Sequence record: PZ452606.1
From: a phage
Reading direction: 5' to 3' (one strand)
Length of the DNA stretch: 64,000 nucleotides
The translations under genes and the position numbers were made by a program. The notes below the pieces were generated by a model. It saw nothing but the letters and a program-made list of their open reading frames with translations. It did no database searches and was not told the origin of the DNA. Below are positions 53,865 through 62,543 of this stretch, piece after piece. Positions within the stretch are counted from its first letter, which is position 1. Each line of letters begins with the position of its first letter.

Positions 53865-54070
53865 TACAAAAAGCCTCTCTTAAATTCGACTTGCTTCTCG
53901 CCATAATCATATCGAATCTCTGCATTAAATTCGACAGAACCATCTGCGTACATCATAAATGAATGCACAACAACTTCTGTAGACCATGGCTGTAGTTCAT
54001 ATTTCTTCATTACATGTCGTGAAATGATAATATCTAAATCTTCATTTGGTTTAATCCAGCGATTTAACAT
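53864..54070 (-). CDS. hypothetical protein
   Basis: 68 aa; early promoter upstream. Confidence 0.5.
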   Translation of the reverse strand: MLNRWIKPNEDLDIIISRHVMKKYELQPWSTEVVVHSFMMYADGSVEFNAEIRYDYGEKQVEFKRGFL

Positions 54071-54096
54071 AGTGCTCTCCTCTATAAGATAATTCT

Positions 54097-54125
54097 ATTA
54101 TACCATACTCATTTTGGAAAGTAAA
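54097..54125 (-). promoter_or_regulatory. early (sigma70) promoter
   Basis: TTTACT-17-TATAAT. Confidence 0.55.
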
Positions 54126-54136
54126 CCATTTAAATG

Positions 54137-54160
54137 AAAAAAGGACTCCCGAAGGAGTCC
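54137..54160 (-). terminator. rho-independent terminator after soc
   Basis: GGACTCC-TTCG-GGAGTCC then U-tract; identical to the hairpin at 253-277. Confidence 0.65.
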
Positions 54161-54166
54161 TTGAAT

Positions 54167-54412
54167 TTATTCACCAGTTACTTTCCACAAATCTTCATTT
54201 GCAGCAATCCATTCAGTACGTTGATTTTCTTCATATACTGTAGAATATGCTGCTTTTTCTGAAGGGAATGTCTGATAATGAGCACCAGAAATTTTGTGAA
54301 CGTCAGAATAAAGAGGGAAAGCTACAGAAATTTCCTTTCCTTCAATTTTCTTATTTCCATCTAATTTCTGCTCAAATGTTTTGATATTAACATAACCGCG
54401 AGTACTAGCCAT
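54167..54412 (-). CDS. soc: small outer capsid protein Soc
   Basis: 81 aa; matches T4 Soc from memory; terminator downstream. Confidence 0.95.
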   Translation of the reverse strand: MASTRGYVNIKTFEQKLDGNKKIEGKEISVAFPLYSDVHKISGAHYQTFPSEKAAYSTVYEENQRTEWIAANEDLWKVTGE

Positions 54413-54428
54413 GTAATTCTCCTTTTAT

Positions 54429-54638
54429 TTAAATTACATGATTATTTATAATAAATTCTCGCGGAACGTTAAAATACCCAATTTTAGTTAATATAACAAT
54501 ATCGCCGTTAATAATTACCGGAGAATAATCGGCTGGAGCATTAAATTTCCAATGGGCTCTAATATTATATCCATCAGAACCAAATGCTCGAATAGCCGGT
54601 CTCCCGGCTTTTTGCCATGCATAAAAATCAAATTTCAT
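54429..54638 (-). CDS. hypothetical protein
   Basis: 69 aa ORF between soc and 56. Confidence 0.45.
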   Translation of the reverse strand: MKFDFYAWQKAGRPAIRAFGSDGYNIRAHWKFNAPADYSPVIINGDIVILTKIGYFNVPREFIINNHVI

Positions 54639-54687
54639 TTTGAATGCTCTATAATTAATTTTAAGGCTTCTTCACACACCAACTTGT

Positions 54688-54840
54688 CTAATGGTATATG
54701 CCCACAGTTTTAATTGTGTAAGCTTTGTGGAGCTGATTAGATAAGAGCTCGTATGTGAGCTCTTTGTCATAATCTTTAAATAGCTGGTCAATACGTTTCT
54801 TGCGGGCTTTCTTAAGCTGGCGTTTATTTAAACGAGCCAT
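54688..54840 (-). CDS. small basic hypothetical protein
   Basis: 50 aa read by eye (MARLNKRQLKKARKKR...); AGAGG SD; ATG overlaps gene 56 stop. Confidence 0.4.
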   Translation of the reverse strand: MARLNKRQLKKARKKRIDQLFKDYDKELTYELLSNQLHKAYTIKTVGIYH

Positions 54841-55358
54841 TAATAGCCTCTGTCTTGACGAGCGAAGTTTTCAGCATTTTTCAGATAATAAAGTTTAAAT
54901 ATTTCTTCAGCTGACATTCCAAGAGCAATGAATTTATTCATGAAAAAGTGAAATTGATCAATCAGTTCAAATTTAATTTCAAGTTGATCTTCAGGAGATA
55001 AATCTTGAATTTTCTTGGATTGCATTTCAGAATAACGTTTCTTCCAAGGTTTCCATACAGCAGAAGCTTCTTTTTCACCATTACTCATACCACCAAGAGA
55101 AGTATATAGCTCGCGAGTTTCGTCTGCGATATAATCGTCTTGGTTTCGCAGCCAAGCAAGAACTTCTCCTGCAGTTTCAAGTGAATCAGGATGACGATTT
55201 GTTTCTGGTTTATCATTAGCCAAACGAATCTGTAAATGCCGCTGCATATCAAGCATAACCTGCAGTGGGTCAATATTGTGCATAATATTCTCAGCATATG
55301 CACGATTTGCTTTATCAACACCTTCGATCAAATGAGCACATTCATTAAAGTAAGCCAT
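54840..55358 (-). CDS. 56: dCTP pyrophosphatase gp56 (MazG-like)
   Basis: ATG at 55358 (MAYFNECAHLIEG) with AAGGAAA SD; the track extension is upstream of the likely start. Confidence 0.85.
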   Translation of the reverse strand: MAYFNECAHLIEGVDKANRAYAENIMHNIDPLQVMLDMQRHLQIRLANDKPETNRHPDSLETAGEVLAWLRNQDDYIADETRELYTSLGGMSNGEKEASAVWKPWKKRYSEMQSKKIQDLSPEDQLEIKFELIDQFHFFMNKFIALGMSAEEIFKLYYLKNAENFARQDRGY

Positions 55359-55429
55359 TATTTTTCCTTTCAATTCATGGGTTAGTAGATTAATTATACA
55401 ATAAATATATAAAGCAATAAGGAGGACAT

Positions 55430-55630
55430 ATGATACAAAAATTAATGGCACTTGTTAATGCCATAAAAGGTAATAAGAAACGTATAGCTTTTACTATTTC
55501 TGCTATGGTAGGAATTTTACTCTGGAACTTTATTTTATCACCTGTTGCAATTGCACATGGTATTAATATTCCAGTAGTTACTCTTGATACATTCGTAGAT
55601 TTAGCATTTGCTTTAGTTGGGTTAATTTAA
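55430..55630 (+). CDS. small hydrophobic protein, convergent with flanking genes
   Basis: 66 aa with AAGGAGG SD 4 nt before ATG; only plus-strand ORF in this minus-strand block. Confidence 0.35.
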   Translation: MIQKLMALVNAIKGNKKRIAFTISAMVGILLWNFILSPVAIAHGINIPVVTLDTFVDLAFALVGLI

Positions 55631-56655
55631 ATCTTAGCATATTTAGATAACCTCATTTTAGCCATCAACCCCTGGGCAATATTATTTTTCATATATTCCA
55701 TAATTTGTTCAGGGGTTGCACCTTCCTTTCTAATCATATCATTAACATCTTTTGATTTCCAGGGAGATTTATCCCAAAACATAACCCTTTCTCCTGCATC
55801 AACTAATTTAGTCATTCGTTTGATAGTGTCAGGGTGACGAGGTTCATTATCTAAAACCCACACTCGTCTATCTTTAAATGGAACAACTTCTAGGTCTAAT
55901 TGACCACCCGTAATAGCTATACCATTTTCAATAAAAAGTGAATCTATAGGTCCTTCTAGAACATATACATCACCATCTTTAACTCGTTCGACTCCATAGA
56001 TTTTTGTTGCTTTAGGATAAGCTTTGATGGTGATATATTTTTGGGGAGCATCTTTCTTTAATGCACGTCCTTGAAAAGACTCAGCTTTTCCATTAGCATT
56101 ATAAATTGGAATAACAAGACGAGGCTCAGGTATTTCCTTTTTATATGTTCCCGGTGCTATGCTATTAACTAATTTAGGCCATTCAGTTGTAAACCAAAGA
56201 TATTTCCATTTATCCTTTGGAATACAACGAGCTTTTACATATTTTATAATTGCATGGTCTTCCGCCAGTTTATCTAATCGAACACATGACGGAAGAGATT
56301 TAATTATTTTCTTCTCAGGTTGTTTAGGAAGTTCTTTAGGTTTTTCTACTGGACGACTTTTACCTTTTTCTTTTCTTATTTCAAAGATATACTCACGATA
56401 TAAATCAGGTTCAAACTCCTTTAAATATATTCCGATTGGTGCATGATAGTTACAGTTATAACAATGAATATTTCCTTCATTATTATCACCATAATACCAT
56501 CCACGAGCTTTATTCTGGTCGGTTTTTGAATCTCCACAAACAGGACATCTAAACCGTAATTTAAAAGTTGAACTATTATTTACTTGTGTGAATTTAGGTA
56601 AATGAGCTAATGCACGGTATGCAAACTCATTATCAATCCAAGGTATTGATGACAT
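55627..56655 (-). CDS. 61: DNA primase gp61
   Basis: 342 aa; zinc ribbon CPVCG...CYNC and Toprim core; T4 gp61 length. Confidence 0.9.
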   Translation of the reverse strand: MSSIPWIDNEFAYRALAHLPKFTQVNNSSTFKLRFRCPVCGDSKTDQNKARGWYYGDNNEGNIHCYNCNYHAPIGIYLKEFEPDLYREYIFEIRKEKGKSRPVEKPKELPKQPEKKIIKSLPSCVRLDKLAEDHAIIKYVKARCIPKDKWKYLWFTTEWPKLVNSIAPGTYKKEIPEPRLVIPIYNANGKAESFQGRALKKDAPQKYITIKAYPKATKIYGVERVKDGDVYVLEGPIDSLFIENGIAITGGQLDLEVVPFKDRRVWVLDNEPRHPDTIKRMTKLVDAGERVMFWDKSPWKSKDVNDMIRKEGATPEQIMEYMKNNIAQGLMAKMRLSKYAKI

Positions 56656-56657
56656 TT

Positions 56658-56822
56658 TTACTCTTCTTTTTCTTTAGATTCCTCTTTTTTCTTTTTAGGA
56701 ATCTGTTCAGGGCCTTTATTTACTACAGCGCCTGACGTTGTTCCAGTAGAGATATTTTCAGGATTACCACCTGAATCTCCAGCGACCATATCTTCTTTGA
56801 TAAATTCTTTATATGTTTTCAT
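56658..56822 (-). CDS. small hypothetical protein
   Basis: 54 aa read by eye (MKTYKEFIKEDMVAGDSGG...) between the 118-aa ORF and gene 61. Confidence 0.35.
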   Translation of the reverse strand: MKTYKEFIKEDMVAGDSGGNPENISTGTTSGAVVNKGPEQIPKKKKEESKEKEE

Positions 56823-56868
56823 ATTAACCTCTATTCATAAAAGCATTAAAAATTTGGTCATCAATAGA
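56820..56868. repeat. 49-nt direct repeat, copy A
   Basis: 48/49 identical to 57178-57226. Confidence 0.8.
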
Positions 56869-57180
56869 TGGAATAGCAACCTTTTCGGCATCATTTAGCA
56901 AATCATTAATTTCATCAGATAGCATAACACATGTGCCTTTATTTCCTGTAATTGTTACTGCGCAATTACGAACGTTTTCTTTATCAAATTTTAGGTTAAT
57001 ATTTTCGTAGTGAAAATCCTTTAATGCCGAATATATCTTTAAAATGAAATTGTCTTTTACTACAATAAACCCAACTTCACTATTAAAACGTGGTTCATGG
57101 AAACTGTAATAAACCTTTTCATCTATGAAATCGTATGAAATTTTTTCCATTTTTAAATATGAAAATTCAGAACTATACAT
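56824..57180 (-). CDS. hypothetical protein, truncated paralog of the 208-aa neighbour
   Basis: 118 aa; last 14 residues SIDDQIFNAFMNR identical to neighbour via a 49-nt repeat. Confidence 0.55.
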   Translation of the reverse strand: MYSSEFSYLKMEKISYDFIDEKVYYSFHEPRFNSEVGFIVVKDNFILKIYSALKDFHYENINLKFDKENVRNCAVTITGNKGTCVMLSDEINDLLNDAEKVAIPSIDDQIFNAFMNRG

Positions 57181-57226
57181 ATTAATCTCTATTCATAAAA
57201 GCATTAAAAATTTGGTCATCAATAGA
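57178..57226. repeat. 49-nt direct repeat, copy B
   Basis: 48/49 identical to 56820-56868. Confidence 0.8.
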
Positions 57227-57808
57227 AACATTTACTTTAGACTGTTTTTCAGATGGCAATTCATATCCACATATTACAATTTTATGATCAATATCAAAAT
57301 ACACAGAAGCAATATGATTAATGATATTTTCAGTGAAGTCTAAATCGACATCAATATCTTTTTGACCACAGCCCAAAGGATAAATAATGCGAGTAATTCG
57401 ATTATCTTTAACAAATATTCCACCGACATACTCTGTACTGCGTTTAAAGTCTACACGCCGACGAAATGAAAAATATTCAGGCTCTTTATGAGCTCGGCTC
57501 ATAGGACACAACGAATAACTAGAATAAGAGATGTCAAATCCTACGCCTTCGATATGAGCCAAAGTGTCATGATTAAACCAATTATAATCGTACGCCAAAT
57601 CCATTAGATTATAATATGTAAAAGGCACCGGATTAACATCATTAGTCACAAGCATGTAATTAGCAACTGCTATAATTTCATTGTTTTTAACGAATACAAA
57701 CCGTGATTGATGCGAATGACCTGGACCCGCGTTTTCACGATTAATGATATAACACTGGGCACCTTTATATTTGTATGTATCTTTGCACTTGTGCATTTGA
57801 TAGAGCAT
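57182..57808 (-). CDS. hypothetical protein
   Basis: 208 aa; C-terminal half similar to the 118-aa ORF. Confidence 0.55.
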   Translation of the reverse strand: MLYQMHKCKDTYKYKGAQCYIINRENAGPGHSHQSRFVFVKNNEIIAVANYMLVTNDVNPVPFTYYNLMDLAYDYNWFNHDTLAHIEGVGFDISYSSYSLCPMSRAHKEPEYFSFRRRVDFKRSTEYVGGIFVKDNRITRIIYPLGCGQKDIDVDLDFTENIINHIASVYFDIDHKIVICGYELPSEKQSKVNVSIDDQIFNAFMNRD

Positions 57809-58101
57809 TATTCACCTACCACTTCAGCGATGATATTTTTGTTATTAAAGTTTTTATCGCAATACAGAACATAATTATACTGCATTACACCACCAGACTT
57901 AAGTTGTTTTTGCACTTCAGCTTTCATTTCAGGACGATCACGCTCAACGATATTCATAATATCCGCTTCAATTTGAGTTTCAACTTCAGTCTGATCCGCA
58001 GTCATAGACCATTCGCACAAATCTTTATCATAACCTGCCATAGCAGGCTGAGCAGCGCAAGAAGCTAAAGCAAAAATTGTAGCAAAGATAAATTTTTTCA
58101 T
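57808..58101 (-). CDS. sp: Spackle periplasmic protein (superinfection exclusion)
   Basis: 97 aa with signal peptide; matches T4 Sp from memory. Confidence 0.9.
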   Translation of the reverse strand: MKKFIFATIFALASCAAQPAMAGYDKDLCEWSMTADQTEVETQIEADIMNIVERDRPEMKAEVQKQLKSGGVMQYNYVLYCDKNFNNKNIIAEVVGE

Positions 58102-58129
58102 GATAATCTCCTCAGTAGTTTATGTTTAT

Positions 58130-58158
58130 ATAGTATCTCAATTTCCAACAAAAGTAAA
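58130..58158 (-). promoter_or_regulatory. early promoter upstream of sp
   Basis: TTTACT-17-TACTAT. Confidence 0.5.
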
Positions 58159-58161
58159 CAG

Positions 58162-58461
58162 TTATTTTAAAATTTCTGCGTAATCACATGTTACAAACTG
58201 TTTCTCTAGCTTGACGATTTTACGAAAGTATCTTTTGCATTGGCGAATCTGCCTCTTCGTAGGGCGAACAGCAAACTTAATAAATTCCACTCGACCAAAT
58301 GGAGGACTTTCTTCTGCTGGAATATCTAACACCAATTCCCACGTATCTGCAATAAGTGCTTTGAATTGCGTATTTTTCCTGACGTTATACGGAGTAGGTT
58401 TAAATAAAACAATATGCATATTATCCTCGGCAATCCACTTCACATACTTTCTTGTCATCAA
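58162..58461 (-). CDS. hypothetical protein
   Basis: 99 aa ORF between sp and dmd. Confidence 0.5.
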   Translation of the reverse strand: MMTRKYVKWIAEDNMHIVLFKPTPYNVRKNTQFKALIADTWELVLDIPAEESPPFGRVEFIKFAVRPTKRQIRQCKRYFRKIVKLEKQFVTCDYAEILK

Positions 58462-58603
58462 TGAAAGCTTTAACTAATGCTTTATTAACTTCAGCATATT
58501 GAGTAGTAGCCCATTGAACGTCATCTTTCATCATTGTGATTTCTTTAGTAAACATACTTTCGTTCTTAAACCACCCCATAAAAACTACTTTTACCAATTC
58601 CAT
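58421..58603 (-). CDS. dmd: Dmd antitoxin (inhibitor of host RnlA/LsoA)
   Basis: 60 aa; matches T4 Dmd from memory. Confidence 0.9.
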   Translation of the reverse strand: MELVKVVFMGWFKNESMFTKEITMMKDDVQWATTQYAEVNKALVKAFIDDKKVCEVDCRG

Positions 58604-58632
58604 AACAATCTCCTCATTTAACCAACAAGACT

Positions 58633-58661
58633 ACTATACCATAGTCTTGTCAGCTTGTAAA
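58633..58661 (-). promoter_or_regulatory. early promoter upstream of dmd
   Basis: TTTACA-17-TATAGT; -10 flanked by 9-bp inverted repeat. Confidence 0.5.
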
Positions 58662-60089
58662 CTAAAATTTTAATTCATTTGCCAAAGCATCTAACTGAGC
58701 TCGAGTGGATTCATTTCTTTGATAGCGATTCTGCTCAGCTTGTATCTGTTGTGAACCTGCTACCTCACTCACTTCAGTTGGAGTAGAATCTTGTTCAATT
58801 TCTACCCATTTCTGATTTCCTTTTTGAACACCCATCAAAAACTTATTCCATTTGTTCTTATCGCCATATCGTGATTTGATTTGCTTAATGAGTTGTTGTT
58901 CAGCAGCTGCTAGCTCCTCGGTTTCAATGACCGCAAGCATAAAATCGGCTGTTGCTGGAAGACCGGCAGATTCTGCAATATCGCTCATGTTAACATCAGA
59001 AGAATCCCAAGCTTGTTTACCAACCTGTGCTGCAGTCCAAAGAACAGTTTCGGTTTCAACAGCCAGAGCACGCAATTCCTCTGCGATAGCTTTAACAGTT
59101 GTGTAACTATTTTCTGAATAAACTCTAATGCGGCAAGATTTACAAATACCTAGATAGTCGACAATAATGATTGTTGGAACAAAATTCTTCTTGAGCTTCA
59201 ATTCGTTTAAAAGTGATCGAAATGTATTAGCGTCTGCTCCACCAGTAGGATACTGTTTAACGATTAAACGACCAAGAGTAGATTTCTCACGCCATTTTTC
59301 CATTTTTCCTTTATACTCAGCATAAGAAATATGCCCATCATCAATGTCATCAAGAGAAACATCAAGCATATTAGCATCAATACGCTTAGCACAGACTTCT
59401 TCTGCCATTTCCATGGAGATATAAAGAACGTTATGACCAAGCTGCAAATAATCTGCTGCTAATGAACAAAGTCCTAATGATTTACCAACGTTAACGCCAG
59501 CCATTAAAACGTTCAGTGTTCCAGTCTCAGCTCCGCCTTTAGTAATTTTGTTTAGAATTCTGAGTTTAAATGGAACCTTACGAGCTTTATTCATATAAGA
59601 TAGCCAACGCGCTTCGTAGTCATCCATCCAATCATGACCAACGTAGCTATCAAATGAAATTGATAATGCTTGGCGCATGATGTCAGGAATAGCACCAACA
59701 TCCGGCATTTTCTTATTTCGTTTTTCCGGAGGAAGCTCAGCATTAGTTTGAATTTCGATTATTTTAGACGTAGCATTAAACATCGCCCTTTGCTGAACAT
59801 ATTTTTCTGTTTCTTTTATTAACCAGCTGTGGTCTTCCGGAGAATCAGCTAGTTTTGAAATAAGTGTTTTTACACCAGAATATTCTGTTTCAGTAAATGA
59901 ACTATTTTCTAATGCAACATTTAACGCATTAATAGATGGAACGCTATGATACTCATTAACATGAGATTTAATTAATTTGAACGTATTTTTAGCTGGACCA
60001 CTTTCAAAATATTCTGAATCCATATATGGCCAAACTTTTGAAAAATAAGCTTGATCAAATATAAGATGAGAAAGAATAATTTCTACCAC
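58662..60089 (-). CDS. 41: replicative DNA helicase gp41
   Basis: 475 aa; DnaB-like; GTG start preceded by AAGGAG. Confidence 0.95.
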   Translation of the reverse strand: MVEIILSHLIFDQAYFSKVWPYMDSEYFESGPAKNTFKLIKSHVNEYHSVPSINALNVALENSSFTETEYSGVKTLISKLADSPEDHSWLIKETEKYVQQRAMFNATSKIIEIQTNAELPPEKRNKKMPDVGAIPDIMRQALSISFDSYVGHDWMDDYEARWLSYMNKARKVPFKLRILNKITKGGAETGTLNVLMAGVNVGKSLGLCSLAADYLQLGHNVLYISMEMAEEVCAKRIDANMLDVSLDDIDDGHISYAEYKGKMEKWREKSTLGRLIVKQYPTGGADANTFRSLLNELKLKKNFVPTIIIVDYLGICKSCRIRVYSENSYTTVKAIAEELRALAVETETVLWTAAQVGKQAWDSSDVNMSDIAESAGLPATADFMLAVIETEELAAAEQQLIKQIKSRYGDKNKWNKFLMGVQKGNQKWVEIEQDSTPTEVSEVAGSQQIQAEQNRYQRNESTRAQLDALANELKF

Positions 60090-60098
60090 ACTTACTCC

Positions 60099-60461
60099 TT
60101 AAAAGAATTTAAACTTTTTCTTTGACCTTTTATTAAATGCATCTTGTAGTTGCATTGTAATACATTTTTCTACATGAGGAGCTAACTCAGCTTTTCTTTC
60201 TTGGTCAAGAACAGCAAAGTCCATTACAACCTTTCCATCAACCCAATCCAGTTTAGTTACATACACTATATGTGTAGAACCATCTTCTAGTTTAATGACA
60301 ATCTCCTGGATAACATTTTCCATGGCAGATTTAATTATCTTAAGAGATTCATTAAAAAGACGTTCTTTTCTTTCTTCTTCCCCCTCCGAAGAGGGGGATT
60401 CATCGATAATTTCTAGATCTAAATCTAAATCATCTTTATTCATTAAATTCTTCCATATCAC
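60099..60461 (-). CDS. 40: gp40 head assembly protein
   Basis: 120 aa between uvsX and 41; alternative ATG at about 60443. Confidence 0.6.
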   Translation of the reverse strand: MIWKNLMNKDDLDLDLEIIDESPSSEGEEERKERLFNESLKIIKSAMENVIQEIVIKLEDGSTHIVYVTKLDWVDGKVVMDFAVLDQERKAELAPHVEKCITMQLQDAFNKRSKKKFKFF

Positions 60462-61617
60462 TTAACTGCTCGAGGTCAGTTTCTAAATCAGCTGCTGATT
60501 TACTTTTACTTTCTGAGGATTTAAATTTTTCAACCTTTGAGTTAATTAATTCATCAACTTCCGCTTCAACAATTTCATTACTATCAATAGCACCTAACTG
60601 ATAAGCACGCTTAATAGCATCTCGGAATGGTTGATGCTTAAATAAAGGACCCCAGAATGTAGTGCAGTTAGTATCTTTTGCACGCCAAGATTTTTCTTCG
60701 CGAATCATCTCGCCGGTTTCTTCGTCAAGAAATTCACGAGCATACCAACCATTTTTAGGTTTTACTACAAATCCTAATTCTAGAGCCATATCTAACAATC
60801 CAGAATAAGGATCGATACCACCGTCAAATTTAACATCAATAAAGAATTTACTTTTTTCTTTAACGGTACGAGATTTTTCTACATTTAGAACAAATTGATA
60901 CCCCTGAAGATCAGAACCATCTTTAATCTGACGCTTACCGATAATGAATACAGTATCAGCCGAATACATTACGCCTGTACCACCTGTCATCACGGTTTTA
61001 CTAAACATTTCAATTGTTTCAATTGTATGGTTAACCGCAACACATGGAATATTTTTAATGCTAAAGTAAGGAGTAACAATACGGAATAATGACTTCAGCG
61101 ATTTAGCACGAGTCATATCTGCCACAGATTTTTCATTCAAGGCATCTTCAGTTTCTTTCTTAGAAGCCATATTACCGATTGAGTCGATGAATACAATAAC
61201 TTTTTCACCGCGCTCAATAGCTTCAAGCTGATTCACCATATCAATTTTCAGCTGTTCAACTGACTGGATTGGCGTATGAATTACTCGTTCCGGGTCAACT
61301 CCCATGGATCGCAAATAAGCTGGAGTAATACCAAATTCGCTATCATAGAATAGACAAACCGCGTCAGGATATTTGTTCAAATACGCCGCAACCATAGTCA
61401 AAGACATATTTGATTTAAAGTGTTTAGAAGGCCCTGCGAAAATAGTTAAACCAGACTGCATGCCGCCATCAATCGCACCAGAAATAGCAATATTAAGCAT
61501 TGGAATTTTTGTACGAATTACATCCTTTTCATTAAAGAATTTAGATGTAGTCAGTTCAGCAGTCATTTTAGAAGTGGAAGCTTTAATCAAACGGGATTTT
61601 AAATCTGCAATAGACAT
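60436..61617 (-). CDS. uvsX: recombinase UvsX (RecA-like)
   Basis: 393 aa; Walker A GPSKHFKS. Confidence 0.9.
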   Translation of the reverse strand: MSIADLKSRLIKASTSKMTAELTTSKFFNEKDVIRTKIPMLNIAISGAIDGGMQSGLTIFAGPSKHFKSNMSLTMVAAYLNKYPDAVCLFYDSEFGITPAYLRSMGVDPERVIHTPIQSVEQLKIDMVNQLEAIERGEKVIVFIDSIGNMASKKETEDALNEKSVADMTRAKSLKSLFRIVTPYFSIKNIPCVAVNHTIETIEMFSKTVMTGGTGVMYSADTVFIIGKRQIKDGSDLQGYQFVLNVEKSRTVKEKSKFFIDVKFDGGIDPYSGLLDMALELGFVVKPKNGWYAREFLDEETGEMIREEKSWRAKDTNCTTFWGPLFKHQPFRDAIKRAYQLGAIDSNEIVEAEVDELINSKVEKFKSSESKSKSAADLETDLEQLSDMEEFNE

Positions 61618-61670
61618 TCATTTTTTCCATAGGCATCATTATATTTTCCTCACTGGTTAAAGATAGAGTA

Positions 61671-61694
61671 ATTATAACACAATAAATTTAGGCA
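61671..61694 (-). promoter_or_regulatory. candidate middle promoter upstream of uvsX
   Basis: TGCCTA (MotA-box-like, one mismatch), 12 nt, TATAAT. Confidence 0.35.
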
Positions 61695-62543
61695 TTAATC
61701 AACTGCTATTGGATGAATAGCATTAAACTTATGAAATGCTTCTGATTTTTCTTTACGCGAAACACACATGCGAAGAACCTTTAATGGCTCGTCTTCTTCA
61801 CCCAACGATTTTCGTTTTTCAATATTCGATGTTTTCCAACGAGCTTGCTCTGGAAACTCTCTATTAATCTGCTCAAGCGCTCTATTATGTTTAGAATTAC
61901 TACGAATTGAACTGCACCCGCCAGGAGCTTGTGCTTTTCCAGATACAACTAGATATTTGAACAAGGCCAAATGCGGATAACCTTGATTAATTAAATTGAG
62001 AAATGCATACATATCTTCGCATAAATCAATTTTTCCATACCCAATTTGTTCTGTCGTAAGTTTTCCGAGGTCATACCATGTATTCGTGAATCCATATGAA
62101 TTTTCACGATAATTACCCCAAGATGAAGTAATTTTAAAAATAGGTAGACGAGCATGGCCATGATAATACCCGCAATCCATGGCATCCTCAACATATTGAA
62201 TCAATTCATAGAACTGTTCACGAGTCAATTGATTGACTTTATCTACGCAACGACGATCATCTCTTTTTCGCATTGAACTCATACGAATAGTAGTATCATC
62301 GTCAATCATCCAGATTCGTTGACCTGCATACATATCGGTAATTGCTTTACGAGTACCGGCAATTCCGTTTACATCATCAGGAATAGTTATAATTTTAGCT
62401 CTAGACCCATAAGCGTCATGATAAGCTTTTTCTTCATGTTCACGCACTACAATATGCGGTTCATAATCAGTCGGAAACATATCAAGGGCAGAAACTGCCC
62501 TGACACGCTGATAACTTGGAATTACGAATTGAATCATTTCCAC
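61695..62543 (-). CDS. putative glycosyltransferase (DxD motif), candidate HMC-DNA glucosyltransferase
   Basis: 282 aa with IWMIDDDTT; sits where T4 has beta-gt but does not resemble it. Confidence 0.5.
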   Translation of the reverse strand: MEMIQFVIPSYQRVRAVSALDMFPTDYEPHIVVREHEEKAYHDAYGSRAKIITIPDDVNGIAGTRKAITDMYAGQRIWMIDDDTTIRMSSMRKRDDRRCVDKVNQLTREQFYELIQYVEDAMDCGYYHGHARLPIFKITSSWGNYRENSYGFTNTWYDLGKLTTEQIGYGKIDLCEDMYAFLNLINQGYPHLALFKYLVVSGKAQAPGGCSSIRSNSKHNRALEQINREFPEQARWKTSNIEKRKSLGEEDEPLKVLRMCVSRKEKSEAFHKFNAIHPIAVD

